This document shows positions 1 through 14,613 of a stretch of DNA of 64,000 nucleotides, one piece after another (the stretch's first letter is position 1; the number at the start of each line of letters is the position of its first letter). The stretch spans positions 3,584,001 to 3,648,000 of the forward strand of contig CM000154.2 of the NCBI GenBank assembly GCA_000004695.1. The letters run 5' to 3'. The position numbers were made by a program, and so were the translations under genes. This stretch comes from Dictyostelium discoideum (taxonomy: Eukaryota). The notes under the pieces were generated by a model. The model was given only the letters and a program-made list of their open reading frames with translations, had not been told where the DNA came from and searched no databases.

Positions 1-3000
1 TTATTATCAATAATAGCACGTTTAATGAATCTACCATAAAGTGAATGATTTTCAATTTGAATCTTTAAATAATTTGAATCATCACCTGTTGATGTATTAC
101 CAAATTGGTTTAATGTGCAAATATCATTTGAATTTGTTGTTAATGATGCTGCCATTACTAATTGAAGTTGATTTAATGAACTTTTAAATTGATATTCTGT
201 AATTTCAATTGTATATTTAATACTAGATGGATTCATTGTTAAATTTTGATTTGCAAATTGAATTGGTGTACTTTGATTAAACCATTCTAAAGCTGCTGTT
301 ATATTTGTATTTGATACTGTTGTAAAGTACTGATTTTTAAATTCGTTAATTGGTGTATATATCCATTGATCGAATTTATAATTATTTACTTCTTTATTAT
401 TAAAATCTAATTCTCTTAATGATACTAATGATATTAATGATTTAAATATCATTTTTTGAGATTCTTCACTATTTGTTTCTGATGATTGACCATTATTATC
501 TGTTGGTATTTCAACATCTGGTTTTGTTGTATTAATTGATGGTTGTGGTACAATAATAATTTGAGAAGTACAAGTTACTCCAATCCATGGTGAATAACAA
601 ATACAACCTGTAGATGAAAAATAACCTTGATTTTTACCACCACATTGTGGATTACCAAGACATTTTTGTGGTGGATTGGTTGGAATTGGTGTTGTGGTTG
701 GTATTGCTGTTGTGGTTGGTATTGGAGTTGTAGTTGGTGTTTCAGTTGGAGTAGTTGTAGGTGTTGGTGTTTCAGTTGGTATTGGTTTTAATGAACTATC
801 AAAATAGATTGGTTGTATTGAGAATTCATTTGATGTGAATCCACCAGCTGTTGAAACTTTAATTTTGAATAATTTATTTGTTTTTTTAATACCTGAAAAT
901 TTAATTGCTGATGATCCATAAAATAATGCTGTGGTTGCTGAATTTGGTGACAATCCACTATCACTATAAGTAATTGTTACTAAATTAACATTTATAAAAC
1001 CTCTACCATATATAATTATTTCACCATTATCATCTGAATAATATTTATCACTTGATGTGATTACTGGTAAATTACTTGAATATGTTGTATCTAAATAATA
1101 GTTTGAATTTAAAACCATTTGAATATCTGATGTAGAATAACCATAATAATAACCACCATTATTTACAATACCATACATTGATATTGTTATAATGCCTGGA
1201 TAACCAAAACCCAATGGTAATTCTGTTGAGCAATTATAAACTGCATTATTTGCGCTGTAAGATATTAATTTAGAATTACATTTTGAAATTTCTGTGTAAA
1301 CTGTTGTCAAATAAATAATTGGTAATTGGTCTTGTTTTATTCCATTTGCACCAGGATTGATTGAAAAATCAAATGAAATTATTCTATCAGGTGAACCTAC
1401 ATCAATTGTGGTTGTTGGTGTTGTAAATGATAATAATATTGGTTTTGAATCAAACATTGTTGAACCTGAACATGTAAATGGTAAAATTGTATTATCTATA
1501 CCTTTATCTAATAAATTAATAAATGGATTAATTATTGAATATGGATCGCCATTTAAAATAAATTTTGAAGATATTTTATTTGTATCAAATAATAAAACTT
1601 TAACGATTCTATATTCTTGTGATATACATGGTTGAGTAATATTAATTAAAATTTGATATTGGCAATTGAATTTATCACCAATTACATCATCGATTGTAAA
1701 ATTGAAATGATAAGTTGAACTATCAATTGAACCCATTACTTTAATATAACCACTTTCAAACCCATTTAAATCATCTGTAATATTAAATTTCCAACCAATT
1801 GTACCTGTTGTTGAAATTACTAAACCATTTCCAATTTTTTCAAGATAACTAAAAATTGGACCTTGATAGTCAAGAACTTTAAAAATAAAAATAAAAATAA
1901 AAATGTTAATTATTAATAATGACAATTAATTAAATTTTCAAACTTACCAGTATTATTTACTATTAATCTTTCATTCATTAAACTATTATCGAATAAATTA
2001 ACATTACCAACATGAATTTGAAATGGAATCATTCCAAACATATTATTCTTTGGTAATATGAATTTACATTCAAATAATCCAGATGTTGAATTAAAAATGA
2101 ACTGATTGTTGGTTAAAGAAAAGTCTTCAGGATTTCTCTCGAATGGAGATGATACAATATCTAGTAAACTAAAATATAACGGAATATCTTGAGGGATATT
2201 TGGTGAATTTAAATAAATGATATTGTAAGATTCACTTTCAATATTTAAATCTAAATTATTTTTTAAAAATGAGATACTAGTAAAATCATTAAAGTTAAAT
2301 TCTATTAAAATTATAAAAAAAAAAAAAAAATTATTAATATTAGAATTGAAAAAAAAATTAATTATTAATTAAAATAAAATTTAATAATTACCATAATCAT
2401 ATGACTGAGGATAATTAAAAACATTTAAAGGATTAGCAGAAAATGGTGTGCCAACATTAAAAACTAAAGAATTTAAAAGGGTATCTTTGATTTCAAATTT
2501 ATCAATACCAACAAATGAAATAATTAATTCAAATGAACCATTATAAATTGTACCACTAATCACTGAAAATTGAATTGGTTGCCCTCCAGAATAGACTGAA
2601 ATACTTTTTACACCATTAACAGATTCAATATCCAATGAAAATAAATAATTGAAATTTGTTATTCTAGTGAAATTATATGATTTAAGAATTGGTGGAATTG
2701 AATCTGAACCTGAACTTGATTCAGGAATTATATATTCATCAAATCTTTCTTGATTTTTTATAAAATAATATTTTAAATAAATTACTGGAGAAAGAAATTG
2801 GGGTCTTGGGAAAGAAACTTGATGTGAAAAATTGGAATTGGTGCCAGAAATAAATCCATACGGCCAATCTTCATTAAAATTAGATATAAAAAAATATTGG
2901 AATTGGGAAAACTGGTAATCATATGAATTTCTAAATGATGCATAGAATAAAGAAACTGTACCAACTGTGGTATAACCAATGAATGGAGATTCAATTCCTA

Positions 3001-3891
3001 GTATTGGGATTGGTGTGACTATTTTTGATATTGAAAAGTTTGAAAAAAAAAAATTAGTAAAAAAAATAATAATATAAAAAAAAAACAATAATACCATACC
3101 ATTAATTTTTGTTGTAAATGTTATTAAATCTACTGATACTCCAATTTCACTCATTAAAGTACTATTGATTAATACACCAGAATTGATTGGATCTTTAGTT
3201 GTATCAATTGCACCTATAAATGTCATATTTCCTTTATAACCTTTAAGTGGAATTGTAGGTACATAACTATTAAATACTTGATAAGGTTTCATAATATTTG
3301 TATTAAGAGTTGATGTAAATAATGGTTGATAACCATAACTCATTTGAGTATAATTTGAATTAATTGATAATATATTTGATGGGAAAAATGTTTCAAAATG
3401 AGTTGTTGGTAAATCTTTCTCTTTAACTAAAAAAAAAAATATTAAAAAAAAAATAATAATAATATATTATTAATAAAATTTATAAAAATCCAATATTATT
3501 TTATTAAAAAAAAAAAAAAAGGTAATAAAAACTTACATAAAGAATAATAAGTATCGAGCTTGAAAGAAAATGATTTACCATCATTAAAATTCATTGTAAT
3601 TTCATATTCTTTAGTTAAATTTAAACCATAAGAAATTTGATTTATCAATATACAATAGTTGAATGAATTTGAAAAGTAAGTATATTGAATGATAGCAGTA
3701 GTGCTTGGAATTGTTTCATAATAATAACCAGGTTCTAAACCTTCTAAAATAATATAGTACAAAAAATAATTTGAAAAACTAATTGGTTTTGTTGAATTTA
3801 CAACTTTTACTTTATCAATATCAATATCTAAAAAGTAATAAATAAACCACAAAAAAATTTAATATATTAATAAATTATATTTTCCATATTC

Positions 3892-3941
<50 letters not shown>

Positions 3942-4326
3942 TACCTAAACAATTTGTATTAAGTTGATATGTTTGTTGAAAATTATCACTAGTTGTAAAT
4001 GTTAATACTTGAGAATTTGTTCCAATTTTTTGATTACCTTGAATATTTGTAAATATATAATAATTATTATTGTTTAATATTTGATAGAATGAAACATCGT
4101 TATTTAAATCGCTTGAAAAACTTGTGATAGTTTTACCAACTGGAATTTCAATTAAAATTTTAATTTCAAAGCTACACTCATAATTATTTTTTGGATATTT
4201 TGAGAATGTTGAGTTTATTGATTGGGCTAAAATAGATTGTTGTGGAGTTAAAGGTGTTAATTGCGATTCATTTAATTTTATGAAAAAAAAAATTATAAAT
4301 ATCGATAAAACATAAAATTTATTCAT
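1..4326 (-). CDS. Tgr-like type I membrane glycoprotein, paralog 1 (partial; last ~120 codons lie beyond the window start); multi-exon
   Basis: ATG at 4326 opens a signal-peptide exon (MNKFYVLSIFIIFFFIKLNESQ...), with donor G|GTAATA at 3945 (phase 1). Exon ORF pieces lie at 3852-3496 and 3343-2381; the terminal exon runs from ~1860 to 1. nt 1-700 are near-identical to 5348-6060 of paralog 2 (EGF-like CLGNPECGG...CICYSPWIG block and PT linker). The 46-nt poly-T/A run at 3893-3938 lies in intron 1. Confidence 0.6.
3893..3938. repeat. poly(A)46 homopolymer (intronic in paralog 1)
   Basis: Uninterrupted run of A on the plus strand. The ORF track reads it as poly-Phe, but it follows a G|GTAATA donor and is intronic. 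Confidence 0.8.
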
Positions 4327-4987
4327 ATTTTTTTTAATTCTTAAAAAAAAAAAAAAAAATAAAAATAAAAGAATATGTGGATAAAAAAAAAAAAAAAAAA
4401 AACTAAAAAAAAAAAACCACGTACTTTTGTGAGGATATGAATTGATTTATTCGATTAATTGAAAACAAATTATGAAACTCGAAAAAAATTGATTAAATAA
4501 CCAAGAGTTTAAAAATTTTTACGTGCTTTAACTTGTTCCCATTTCTATTTTTTTTTTTTCGTGCATTTTATAAAATTTATTTTTACCCAGGTAAAAAAAA
4601 AATAAAATAAAAAAAAAATAAAATAAAAACAAATATCTAAAACAAAAAAAAAAAATAAAATAAAAAAAATAAAAAAAAGATATTTTTTTTTTTGGGTAAC
4701 AATAAATGTAAAAATAAATTTGCATTTAAAAAAAAATAAAAAAAAATAAAAAAAAATTAAATAGATAATTAATAAGTTTTTTGTAAGGGTGGTTGGATGT
4801 AAAAATTTAAGCGTTAAAGTGGTGAAAAGTAATTTTTCGGGCTGTGGGTCTTTTTTTTTTTTTTTTTTTTTTTTATTTTTTTATTTTCTATGCGACCCCC
4901 CTTAATAATTAATGCTCAAAAAAAAAAGTTAGATTGTGCAGATAATTTCCAACACTACTTTTTCATAAAGTAAAAAAAGATAGATTT

Positions 4988-7900
4988 TTAATTTTTATTC
5001 ATTTCAGCCATTTTTCTATTCACAGAATCTACGAATTTCTTTTGTTTGTTCTTTTTAATGATTATATAAATAACACCAATAATTATTACAGCAGCGAAAG
5101 CGATTGAACCAACAATAATACCAGCTAATTGAGCAGTTGTTAAACCAGAATTACTTTTTGTACAAACTGAGTTATCTTCATCAGAGGCTGATTTGCTATC
5201 GATAAGCACTGAGAAATCTGGATCAACTATTATTGAGTTTCTATAATTTGGAATTGTAATACCAATAAATGATTGTAATGATGATGATGAACTATCAATT
5301 ACATTTAATGATGAATCTAATAAAACATTACTTATACTTTTAACAGTATTATCAATAATAGCACGTTTAATGAATCTACCATAAAGTGAATGATTTTCAA
5401 TTTGAATCTTTAAATAATTTGAATCATCACCTGTTGATGTATTACCAAATTGATTTGATGTGCAAATATCATTTGAGTTTGTTGTTAATGATGCTTCCAT
5501 TACTAATTGAAGTTGATTTAATGAACTTTTAAATTGATATTCTGTAATTTCAATTGTATATTTAATACTAGATGGATTCATTGTTAAATTTTGATTTGCG
5601 AATTGAATTGGTGTACTTTGATTAAACCATTCTAAAGTTGCTGTTATATTTGTATTTGATACTGTTGTAAAGTACTGATTTTTAAATTCGTTAATTGGTG
5701 TATATATCCATTGATCGAATTTATAATTATTTACTTCTTTATTATTAAAATCTAATTCTCTTAATGATACTAATGATATTAATGATTTAAATATCATTTT
5801 TTGAGATTCTTCACTATTTGTTTCTGATGATTGACCATTATTATCTGTTGGTATTTCAACATCTGGTTTTGTTGTATTAATTGATGGTTGTGGTACAATA
5901 ATAATTTGAGAAGTACAAGTTACTCCAATCCATGGTGAATAACAAATACAACCTGTTGATGAACAATAACCTTGATTTTTACCACCACATTCTGGATTAC
6001 CTAGACATTTTTGTGGTGGATTGGTTGGAATTGGTGTTATTGTTGGTATTGGTGTTGTGGTTGGTATTGGTGTTGGAGTTGGTATTATAGTAGAATTAAA
6101 ATAAACTGGATTAACAATAAATTCATTTGATATGAAACCATCAATTGTTAAAGCTTTAATATAGAATGGGCTCTTAGTATTTTTAATTCTTCCCACTCTA
6201 ATTGCTGATGATCCATGAATTAACATTAAACTTGCTGAATTTGGCGTCAAACTACTATCGCTGTAAACAAAATCAATTCTGGAAACTTTTGAAAAACCTC
6301 TACCATATATAACCAATTCACCATTATCATCTGAATAATATCGATCTGTTGATTTGATTACTGGTTGGTTAATTGTAAATGTTGTATTAATATAATAGTT
6401 TGAGAGTGGTACTCTTTGAATATCATCACTTGAATAACCATAATAATAACCACCATTATTTACAATACCATATACTGAAAATATTAAAGCATTTGGGAAA
6501 CCAAAACCCAATGGTAATTCAGTTGCACAGGAATAAGAAACATTTGTTATATTATACGATACTAATTTTGATTTACATTCTACCAATCCATTAAATAATG
6601 AAGTTATATAAATTATTGGTAATTGATCGATTTTAATAATCGGTACACCACTATCAATTGAAAAATCAAATGAAATGGTTCTATTGGTCGCACCTACATC
6701 AATGGTTGTTGCTGATGTTGTAAATGATAATAATGTTGGTTTTATATTTTCTATTACTTGTAATATTGAACATGTAAATGGTAAAACTGTAATACCAATA
6801 CCTCTTTCTAAGAAATTAATAAATGGATTAATTATTGAAGCAGTAAGTAATGAAGGTGTATATAAATTAAATCTTGAAGCTATTTTATTTGTATCAAACA
6901 ATATAACTCTAACGATTCTATATTCTTGTGATATACATGGTTGAGTAATATTAATTAAAATTTGATATTGGCAATTGAATTTATCACCAATTACATCATC
7001 GATTGTAAAATTGAAATGATAAGTTGAACTATCAATTGAACCCATTACTTTAATATAACCACTTTCAAACCCATTTAAATCATCTGTAATATTAAATTTC
7101 CAACCAATTGTACCTGTTGTTGAAATTACTAAACCATTTCCAATTTTTTCAAAAGAACTAAAAATTGGACCTTGATTGTCAAGTTCTATAATTTATAAAA
7201 AAAGAAATTAGTTTTTTTTTTTTTATGATTATTTAATTTTTTCATTCAAATAAATAATTACCAGTCTTATCTACAAAGAGTTCATTAACTATATCAGTAC
7301 TATAAAATCCTGATTCTGGTGAATGTTCAATCATATATTGAATATTTCCAAACATATTATTCTTTGGTAATATGAATTTACATTCAAATATTCCTGTGCT
7401 GGCATTGTAAATGAATGGATTTCTATATAACATATTGGCAACATCAGTCATATCTCTTTCTATTGGAAATGATATTATATCCAATAAAACAAGTGCCATT
7501 GTTTTATATGGTGGAATATCGCTTGAATTTACATACAAAATATTATAAGAATCTTCCTCTAAGCTTAAATTATTCTTTAAAAATCTAATATTATTGTTTT
7601 GAAAATTTGAAATATTTAATTCTAAATTATTATTTTAAAATAAAGGAAAGTATTCATTAGTTAAAGTAAAATTATTTTATTTAATAAAAAAAAAAAATCA
7701 AAAAATCAATATTTAATATAATACATACTATAACTTATTTCTTGTGGTAATTGGAATATAACTAATGGATCTATTGAAACTATATCACCTGGATTATAAA
7801 TAGAACTATAACCATATAAATCAAACATTATAACATATTTTACACCATGAAAACCTGTAATTAATTCAAATGTACCATTGTAAATTGTGCCACTAACTAA

Positions 7901-8750
7901 AGTGTCAATACTGACATATAATTGTTCTGTAGCCATAAAATTTCTAATTCCATTAACACTTTCGATTGTTAACCTTAATATATATTTTTGACTTGAAACT
8001 CTTGTGAATTGATATGATAATAATTTGGGAGGTGAATTAGATTGATCAAGAGTCAATGGCGAAAATTGAACACTAAACTCACCTCCATCAGTGATGCCAA
8101 AACTATAATAATCAGATTTTGAATATTCCAAAAGTTGAACTAATGAAACTTTATGTGTATAATAATTATTATTACCTGAATAAAACCCATATGGCCAACC
8201 TCTAATTTCACTACTAAAATAACCATATGTAAAATCAGTAAACTGGTATGGCTCAGTTACATTGATTGTTACAGAATATACTGGAATTGGATTAATATAT
8301 AAAGTTTCACAACTATTTGTAGTTGAGTAGATTTTTGGTAAAATTATATCTATATATATATATATATTTATTTTAAAAAAATAAAAATTAATATTATTAG
8401 AAATTAGAAAAAAAAAAAAAAAAAAAAGAAAATTAATACAAACCTTGAATATTTACTGATATACTTGAATTATTAATCGAAAATCCATCTTCATTAATAA
8501 AAGTGGAATTTCCATTAACAACAAAACCAATAAATGTCATATTACCCTTTTTTCCTTTTAATGGGAGAGTGTATTTTTCACCAGAATTAGTTCGAATTAA
8601 TTGATATGGTCTCATAATGTTTGTGTTTAATATTGATTGGAATACTGGACCACAAAAATAACTAAATTGTGTGAAATTAAGTCCTGGTGATAATATATTT
8701 GGTGGATAAAATGTATCTATATGACTTGTCGCTAAATCTTGTTCGTCAAC

Positions 8751-8800
<50 letters not shown>

Positions 8801-9673
8801 ATTAATAATTATTATTAAATTTAAATAATATAAATAATGATATTAAAATGATATTGTTACATTGAGAGAAATATGATCCAATACTAATAGGAAATAACCT
8901 ATTGTTACTAAATTTTAAATTAAAGTTTATATCTTGAGATAAATTTTGTAAAGCACCTAAACTCAACTGTATTACATAATTATAAATTGGATCACCTGAA
9001 TGGAGGATGTTGACACCGGAAACATAATCTGTATATATTTCTATAGGAAAATGTGGTTTTATTCCAGATATTTTGAGGTAGTAATAATAAGATGAAGCCA
9101 TATGAAAAGGTTTTGTTTCACTTATTACAAAAAGATCATCAATATTTAAATCTTTAAAAAAATAAAAATAAAAATAAAAAAAAAATTTATTATTAATATG
9201 TATTATTTTATAATTATTATTGTTATTATTATTATTATTATTATTATAAATATATACATATTATTTTAAATAATAAAATAAAATATCTTACCACTACATG
9301 TTGTCATAAATTGATATGTATGATTATTATTATCGTTTGTTGTAAATGTTAATTCTTGATAATAAATTCCATATTCTAAACTTCCATATGAAATAAGATT
9401 ATACAAATATTTATCATTGGTTTGAAATTTTTGATTAAGTTTAAAGTTTGTATTATTAGTTGATGCACTTGTTATGGAAACACCTTTAGCTTCTATTTGA
9501 ATATTATATGAATTTTGGTTGCAATATCTACTATCTGATGAATATGGAGTTCGAGAGAAAATTGGATTTACCACTGATGCTAATAAGGTTGTTTCTGGTG
9601 TTATTGGTGTAAATTGAGAATTATTAACTCTTAAAAAAAAAATTAATAAAAACAAAATTATTAATATTTTCAT
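4988..9673 (-). CDS. Tgr-like type I membrane glycoprotein, paralog 2 (complete; ~6 exons)
   Basis: ATG at 9673 (MKILIILFLLIFFLRVNNSQ signal peptide), donor G|GTAAGA at 9291 (phase 1). Exon ORF pieces lie at ~9101-8802, 8615-8433, 8131-7706 and 7538-7242. The terminal exon ~7190-4988 (685-aa ORF) carries an IPT/TIG-like motif (PVIKSTDRYYSDDNGELVIYGRGFS), a PTPTPIPTTTPIPT linker, an EGF-like module (CLGNPECGGKNQGYCSSTGCICYSPWIGVTC), a TM (AGIIVGSIAFAAVIIIGVIYIII) and a short basic tail. The stop codon is included at 4988. Confidence 0.7.
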
Positions 9674-9690
9674 CTCCACTTTAAACAATT

Positions 9691-9743
<53 letters not shown>

Positions 9744-9876
9744 CAGAACACAAAAAAAATTTATTCGTTCTTTAGTGGTGATCGAAAATTGATGTTTGCA
9801 TTCTTTTGAAACGCCAAAAAAAAAAATGATTGTTTTTAGTTTTTTTTTTAGATTTTTTAAAATATCTAAAATTTTG

Positions 9877-9910
<34 letters not shown>

Positions 9911-10339
9911 CGGTATTCAAAAAAAAAAAATACTAATACCGTTTTTTAACAAAAAAATTAAAACATTTCACTATTTTATTTTTTTTCAGTAACCAACCAA
10001 TTTCCAAAGGGTGCATAAATAAAATAATAAATAAATAATATTAATATTTTTTTTTTTTTATAATATTTTAATTATTTTCATTTTTTATTTTATTTTTTTT
10101 ACGGGAACTAGGATATTTTATTATTTTTAAGGTGGGAACTAAGATATTTTTTTTTTTGGTTGAAATGAAATACTTATTTTTGTTTTTTATTTTTATTAAA
10201 TGAGTTTAACCTTCAATTTTTTTTCGAGTTTTTTTTTTTTTTGCAACTGACATTTTTTTAATTAAAATTTTATATGAGAAAAAAAATAATTTATTTATTT
10301 ATTATTATTTATTAATATTGGAGATTAATCAATTTCAGA

Positions 10340-11338
10340 GATTTTGTTTGAATTCTGTTGATTTATTGTACTATCATGAATGGCCTTTAATTTTTTAGTA
10401 TATTTTTTTCTTGGTTGGCCATTTTTGTTAAGTTTTAACACAGGTGATGAAAAGTCGGTAACTGGTATATTAAAATTGTTTTGGATATTGACATTTAAAA
10501 CATTTACAGTTGAATTAATAGTAACCTTTGATGGTCTACCTCTTTTTTTTGGTGCTTCATCTATTTTTATTGTATTTCTGTGATTTTAAAATTAAAAAAT
10601 TAGTATATAATAATAGTAATTTATAGATTTTATTTTTTCTTACCTACCCTACACCCAAACTGTTAATTTGGAACCCAATCTTTCTTGCATCTGCTATTTG
10701 GGTTGAAGAGGGTTTTTCATTTATAACTAAAGTATTGGAAACACATGCCAAAGATTTATCGTCATTATTTTCCAATTCATCCAAATAAGATGCTTTTATC
10801 AATTTCCAATCAATTTCCAATCTATTTTAATCATTTCAAAAGCATTCTTAATAGTAATTGGTGAAGCAGTAGCATCCCATGATGTTTCTATTACGTCCGA
10901 TAATTCCTCAAATGATAATTTGCTTGTTTTGGGTATATCCTTTTTGGATTTAACCCTTTTTAAATTATTAATGGTCTGGTTCAACTTTCTTTTGAAAATA
11001 CCGAAAACCAATAAATCCAATGGTTGCAATAAGTGAGTTGAGTTAGCTGGAAACGTATAACAATGAATATTATATTCATTCAAGGCATCTGCAACTTCGT
11101 ACCTCATGTATCTAAATTACCATTATAATTATATTTTAATTAAAAAAAATTTTATAATACAATATTAAAATTAAAATATTAATCGTACCTCTTTAATATT
11201 TAGATGACTATATTGCGGTGTTTCAATAATATATTTAATAAAGTTTTTCACCATAAAATTTTTATTTTTTTTTTCAGCTTCAAAAAAAATTTGAAGTTTA
11301 TTTATTAACCTTATGTTTGATGGTTTTTTTGTCTCCAT
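10340..11338 (-). mobile_element. DDE_1 (pogo/Tigger/CENP-B-like) DNA-transposase gene remnant
   Basis: Minus-strand ORFs: METKKPSNIRLINKLQIFFEAEKK... from ATG 11338; 11107-10799 encodes ...FPANSTHLLQPLDLLVFGIFKRKL..., the QPLD third-catalytic-region signature of the DDE_1 endonuclease family. Further in-frame pieces (..DELENNDDKSLACVSNTLVIN.. and ..NGQPRKKYTKKLKAIHDS..) extend down to ~10340. The coding is fragmented and out of phase, so this is a decayed element. No terminal inverted repeats were identified. Confidence 0.5.
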
Positions 11339-11489
11339 TTCAAATTGTTTTTATTGTAATCGAACCATAAAGTAAAAAAAAAAATTTTTTTTATTTTTAA
11401 ATTTTTCATATTATTTTTTTAATTTAATTAAAAAAAAAGCGCCAGTTGCGAAAAAAAAAAAAAACCTCAAAAAAAATTGTAGGTAAATA

Positions 11490-11520
<31 letters not shown>

Positions 11521-11528
11521 ACCATTTT

Positions 11529-11569
<41 letters not shown>

Positions 11570-11857
11570 TAGGTTAAAATATTTTTTATTTTTTATTTTT
11601 TTTTTTAAATTAAATTATTTATATTTATTCTTTATTTGTGTTAGGGAATAAAAAAAAATAAAATAGGAAATAGTTGGATATACCAAAGTTTATTAAAAAA
11701 AAATTGAGAAATTGAAAAATTTAAAAGAAATATACAATTTATTCCTTCCCTGCCCCAATTTTTTACTTTACAAATCTATCAAATAATGAACTAATAATAG
11801 AGTATTCAAAGAATATCTTTAAAAAAAAAAACAATAATTCGGATTTATTTTATTTAT

Positions 11858-14560
11858 TTATTTATTATTATTCAATTTATTCAATTTATTATTGATTGAC
11901 ATTTCGAATTTCTTTTGTTTTTTGCTTTTTGTGATAGCATAGACAGTAGCGATAACTATTACAGCAGCGAAAGCGATTGAACCAACAATAATACCAGCTA
12001 ATTGAGCAGTTGTTAAACCAGAATTATTTTTTGTACAAACTGAATCATCTTCATCAGAGGCTGATTTACTATCGATAAGTACTGAGAAATCTGGATCAAC
12101 AACTATTGAGTTTTTATAATTTGGAATTGTAATACCAATAAATGATTGTAATGATGATGATGAACTATCAATTACATTTAATGATGAATCTAATAAAACA
12201 TTGCTTATACTTTTAACAGTATTATCAATAATAGCACGTTTAATGAATCTACCGTAAAGTGAATGATTTTCAATTTGAATCTTTAAATAATTTGAATCAT
12301 CACCTGTTGATGTATTGCCAAATTGGTTTAATGTGCAAATATCATTTGAGTTTGTTGTTAATGATGCTGCCATTACTAATTGAAGTTGATTTAATGAACT
12401 TTTAAATTGATATTCTGTAATTTCAATTGTATATTTAATACTTGACGGATTCATTGTTAAATTTTGATTTGCAAATTGAATTGGAGTACTTTGATTAAAC
12501 CATTCTAAAGTTGCTGTTATATTTGTATTTGATACTGTTGTAAAGTATTGATTTTTAAATTCGTTAATTGGTGTATATATCCATTGATCGAATTTATAAT
12601 TATTTACTTCTTTATTATTAAAATCTAATTCTCTTAATGATACTAATGATATTAATGATTTAAATATCATTTTTTGAGATTCTTCACTATTTGTTTCTGA
12701 TGATTGACCAATATTATCTGTTGGTATTTCAACATTTGGGTTTGTTGTATTAATTGATGGTTGTGGTACAATAATAATTTGAGAAGTACAAGTTGTTCCA
12801 ATCCAAGGTGAATAACAGATACAACCTGTTGGTGAACAAAAACCTTGAGTTTTACCACCACATTCTGGATTACCAAGACATTTTTGTGGTGGGTTGGTTG
12901 GAATTGGTGTTGTTGTAGGTATTGGTGTTGTGGTTGGTGTTGTGGTTGTGGTTGGTGTTGGTGAAGGAGATTCAGTAGGTGTTGGTGGGATAGTTGCATT
13001 AAAATAAATTGGATTAACAGTATATATGTTTGATGTTAATGTATCACTTGTTGAAAATGTAATATCAAAAGGTTTATTAGTTGATTTAATTCCAGATATT
13101 TTAATTGCTGATGATTCATAAACTACTAAAGGTGGGAATGAATGAGGTGCTAATGTACCATCTCTATAAACAATATTAACTTGAATAACATTTGAAAAAC
13201 CTCTACCATATAGAACCAAATCATTATCATCTGAATAAAATCTATCAGTTGATTTAATAGTAGGTTGATTAAATGAGTATGTAGTATTTGCGTAATAACC
13301 AGAAGTAACTGTAGATAAATCCTTTGGAGTATAACCATAAAAGTAACCACCATTATTTACAATACCATATATTGAAAAAATCAATTGATTTGGATAACCA
13401 AAGCCAATTGGTAATTCTGTTGAACATTTATAAACAACCTCAACATTATTATATGATATTAATATTGTATCTCTACATTCAACTAAACCAGAAAATAATG
13501 AATTTATATAAACAATTGGTAATTGATCTTGTTTTATTGTAGATGTACTTGTACCAAATGAAAAATCAAATGAGATTGTTCTATTTGTTGCACCTACGTC
13601 AATGACTGATGTTGATGGTGTAAATGATAATAAGCTTGGTTTTGAATCTACTAATGTTGAATCTGAGCATTCAAATGGTACAATTGTAATATCAATACCT
13701 TTATTTAATAAATTGAGGAATGGATTAAGTATTGCTGCGTTTGCAAGTATAGGTGTATATAAATAAAATCTTGAAGCTATTTTATTTGTATCAAATAATA
13801 TAACCTTAATAATTCTATATTCTTGTGATATACATGGTTGAGTAATATTAATTAAAATTTGATATTGGCAATTGAATTTATCACCAATTACATCATCAAT
13901 TGTAAAATTGAAATGATAAGTTGAACTATCAATCGAACCCATTACTTTAATATAACCACTTTCAAACCCATTTAAATCATCTGTAATATTAAATCTCCAG
14001 CCAATTGTACCTGTTGTTGAAATTATTGAACCATTTCCAATTTTTTCAAATGAACTAAATAATGGACCTTGATTATCAAGTACTATAATTTACAATAACA
14101 AAAAATTAGTTTCTTTTTTTTTTATTATTAGATATATTAAAAAAATTATTATTAAAAAGGTAAAAACTTACTTGTATTATTTGCAATTAAAGGTTCAATT
14201 AATTCATTACTATGTATACCCAATAGATTTCCATAGAATACTGTATATAGAATTTTTCCAAACATATTATTCTTTGGTACAATGAATTTGCATTCATACT
14301 TTTTAGTTTGAGCATTGTATTTAAATGGAAGCTTAACAATCATTCCATCGGAATCACTACTATCTCTTTCAACTGGGAATGAAATAATATCAATTAATAA
14401 TAAAGATAATGATTTTTTAATTGGAACATAATCATTAAAATCAATATACATAATATTATAAGAATTATCTGTCAAATCTAAATTATTCTTTAAAAATGTT
14501 ATGTTAAAGTTTGTAATATTTAATACTAAAATTAAAAAATTAATAATTAATAAATGACAT

Positions 14561-14613
<53 letters not shown>

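Noticed and set aside
1357-6944. Plus-strand ORFs 1357-1635 and 6675-6944 (near-identical 89-92 aa peptides), and 6400-6594, 13324-13542
   Set aside because: These are antisense to the Tgr-like terminal exons. They are conserved only because the sense strand is duplicated, with no independent coding signal.
9690-9920. 76-aa ORF and the M-initial extension MFCLLIFFFFFF of ORF 9266-9751
   Set aside because: The poly-T run is 5' UTR/promoter. The biologically sensible start is the MKILIILFLL signal peptide at 9673.
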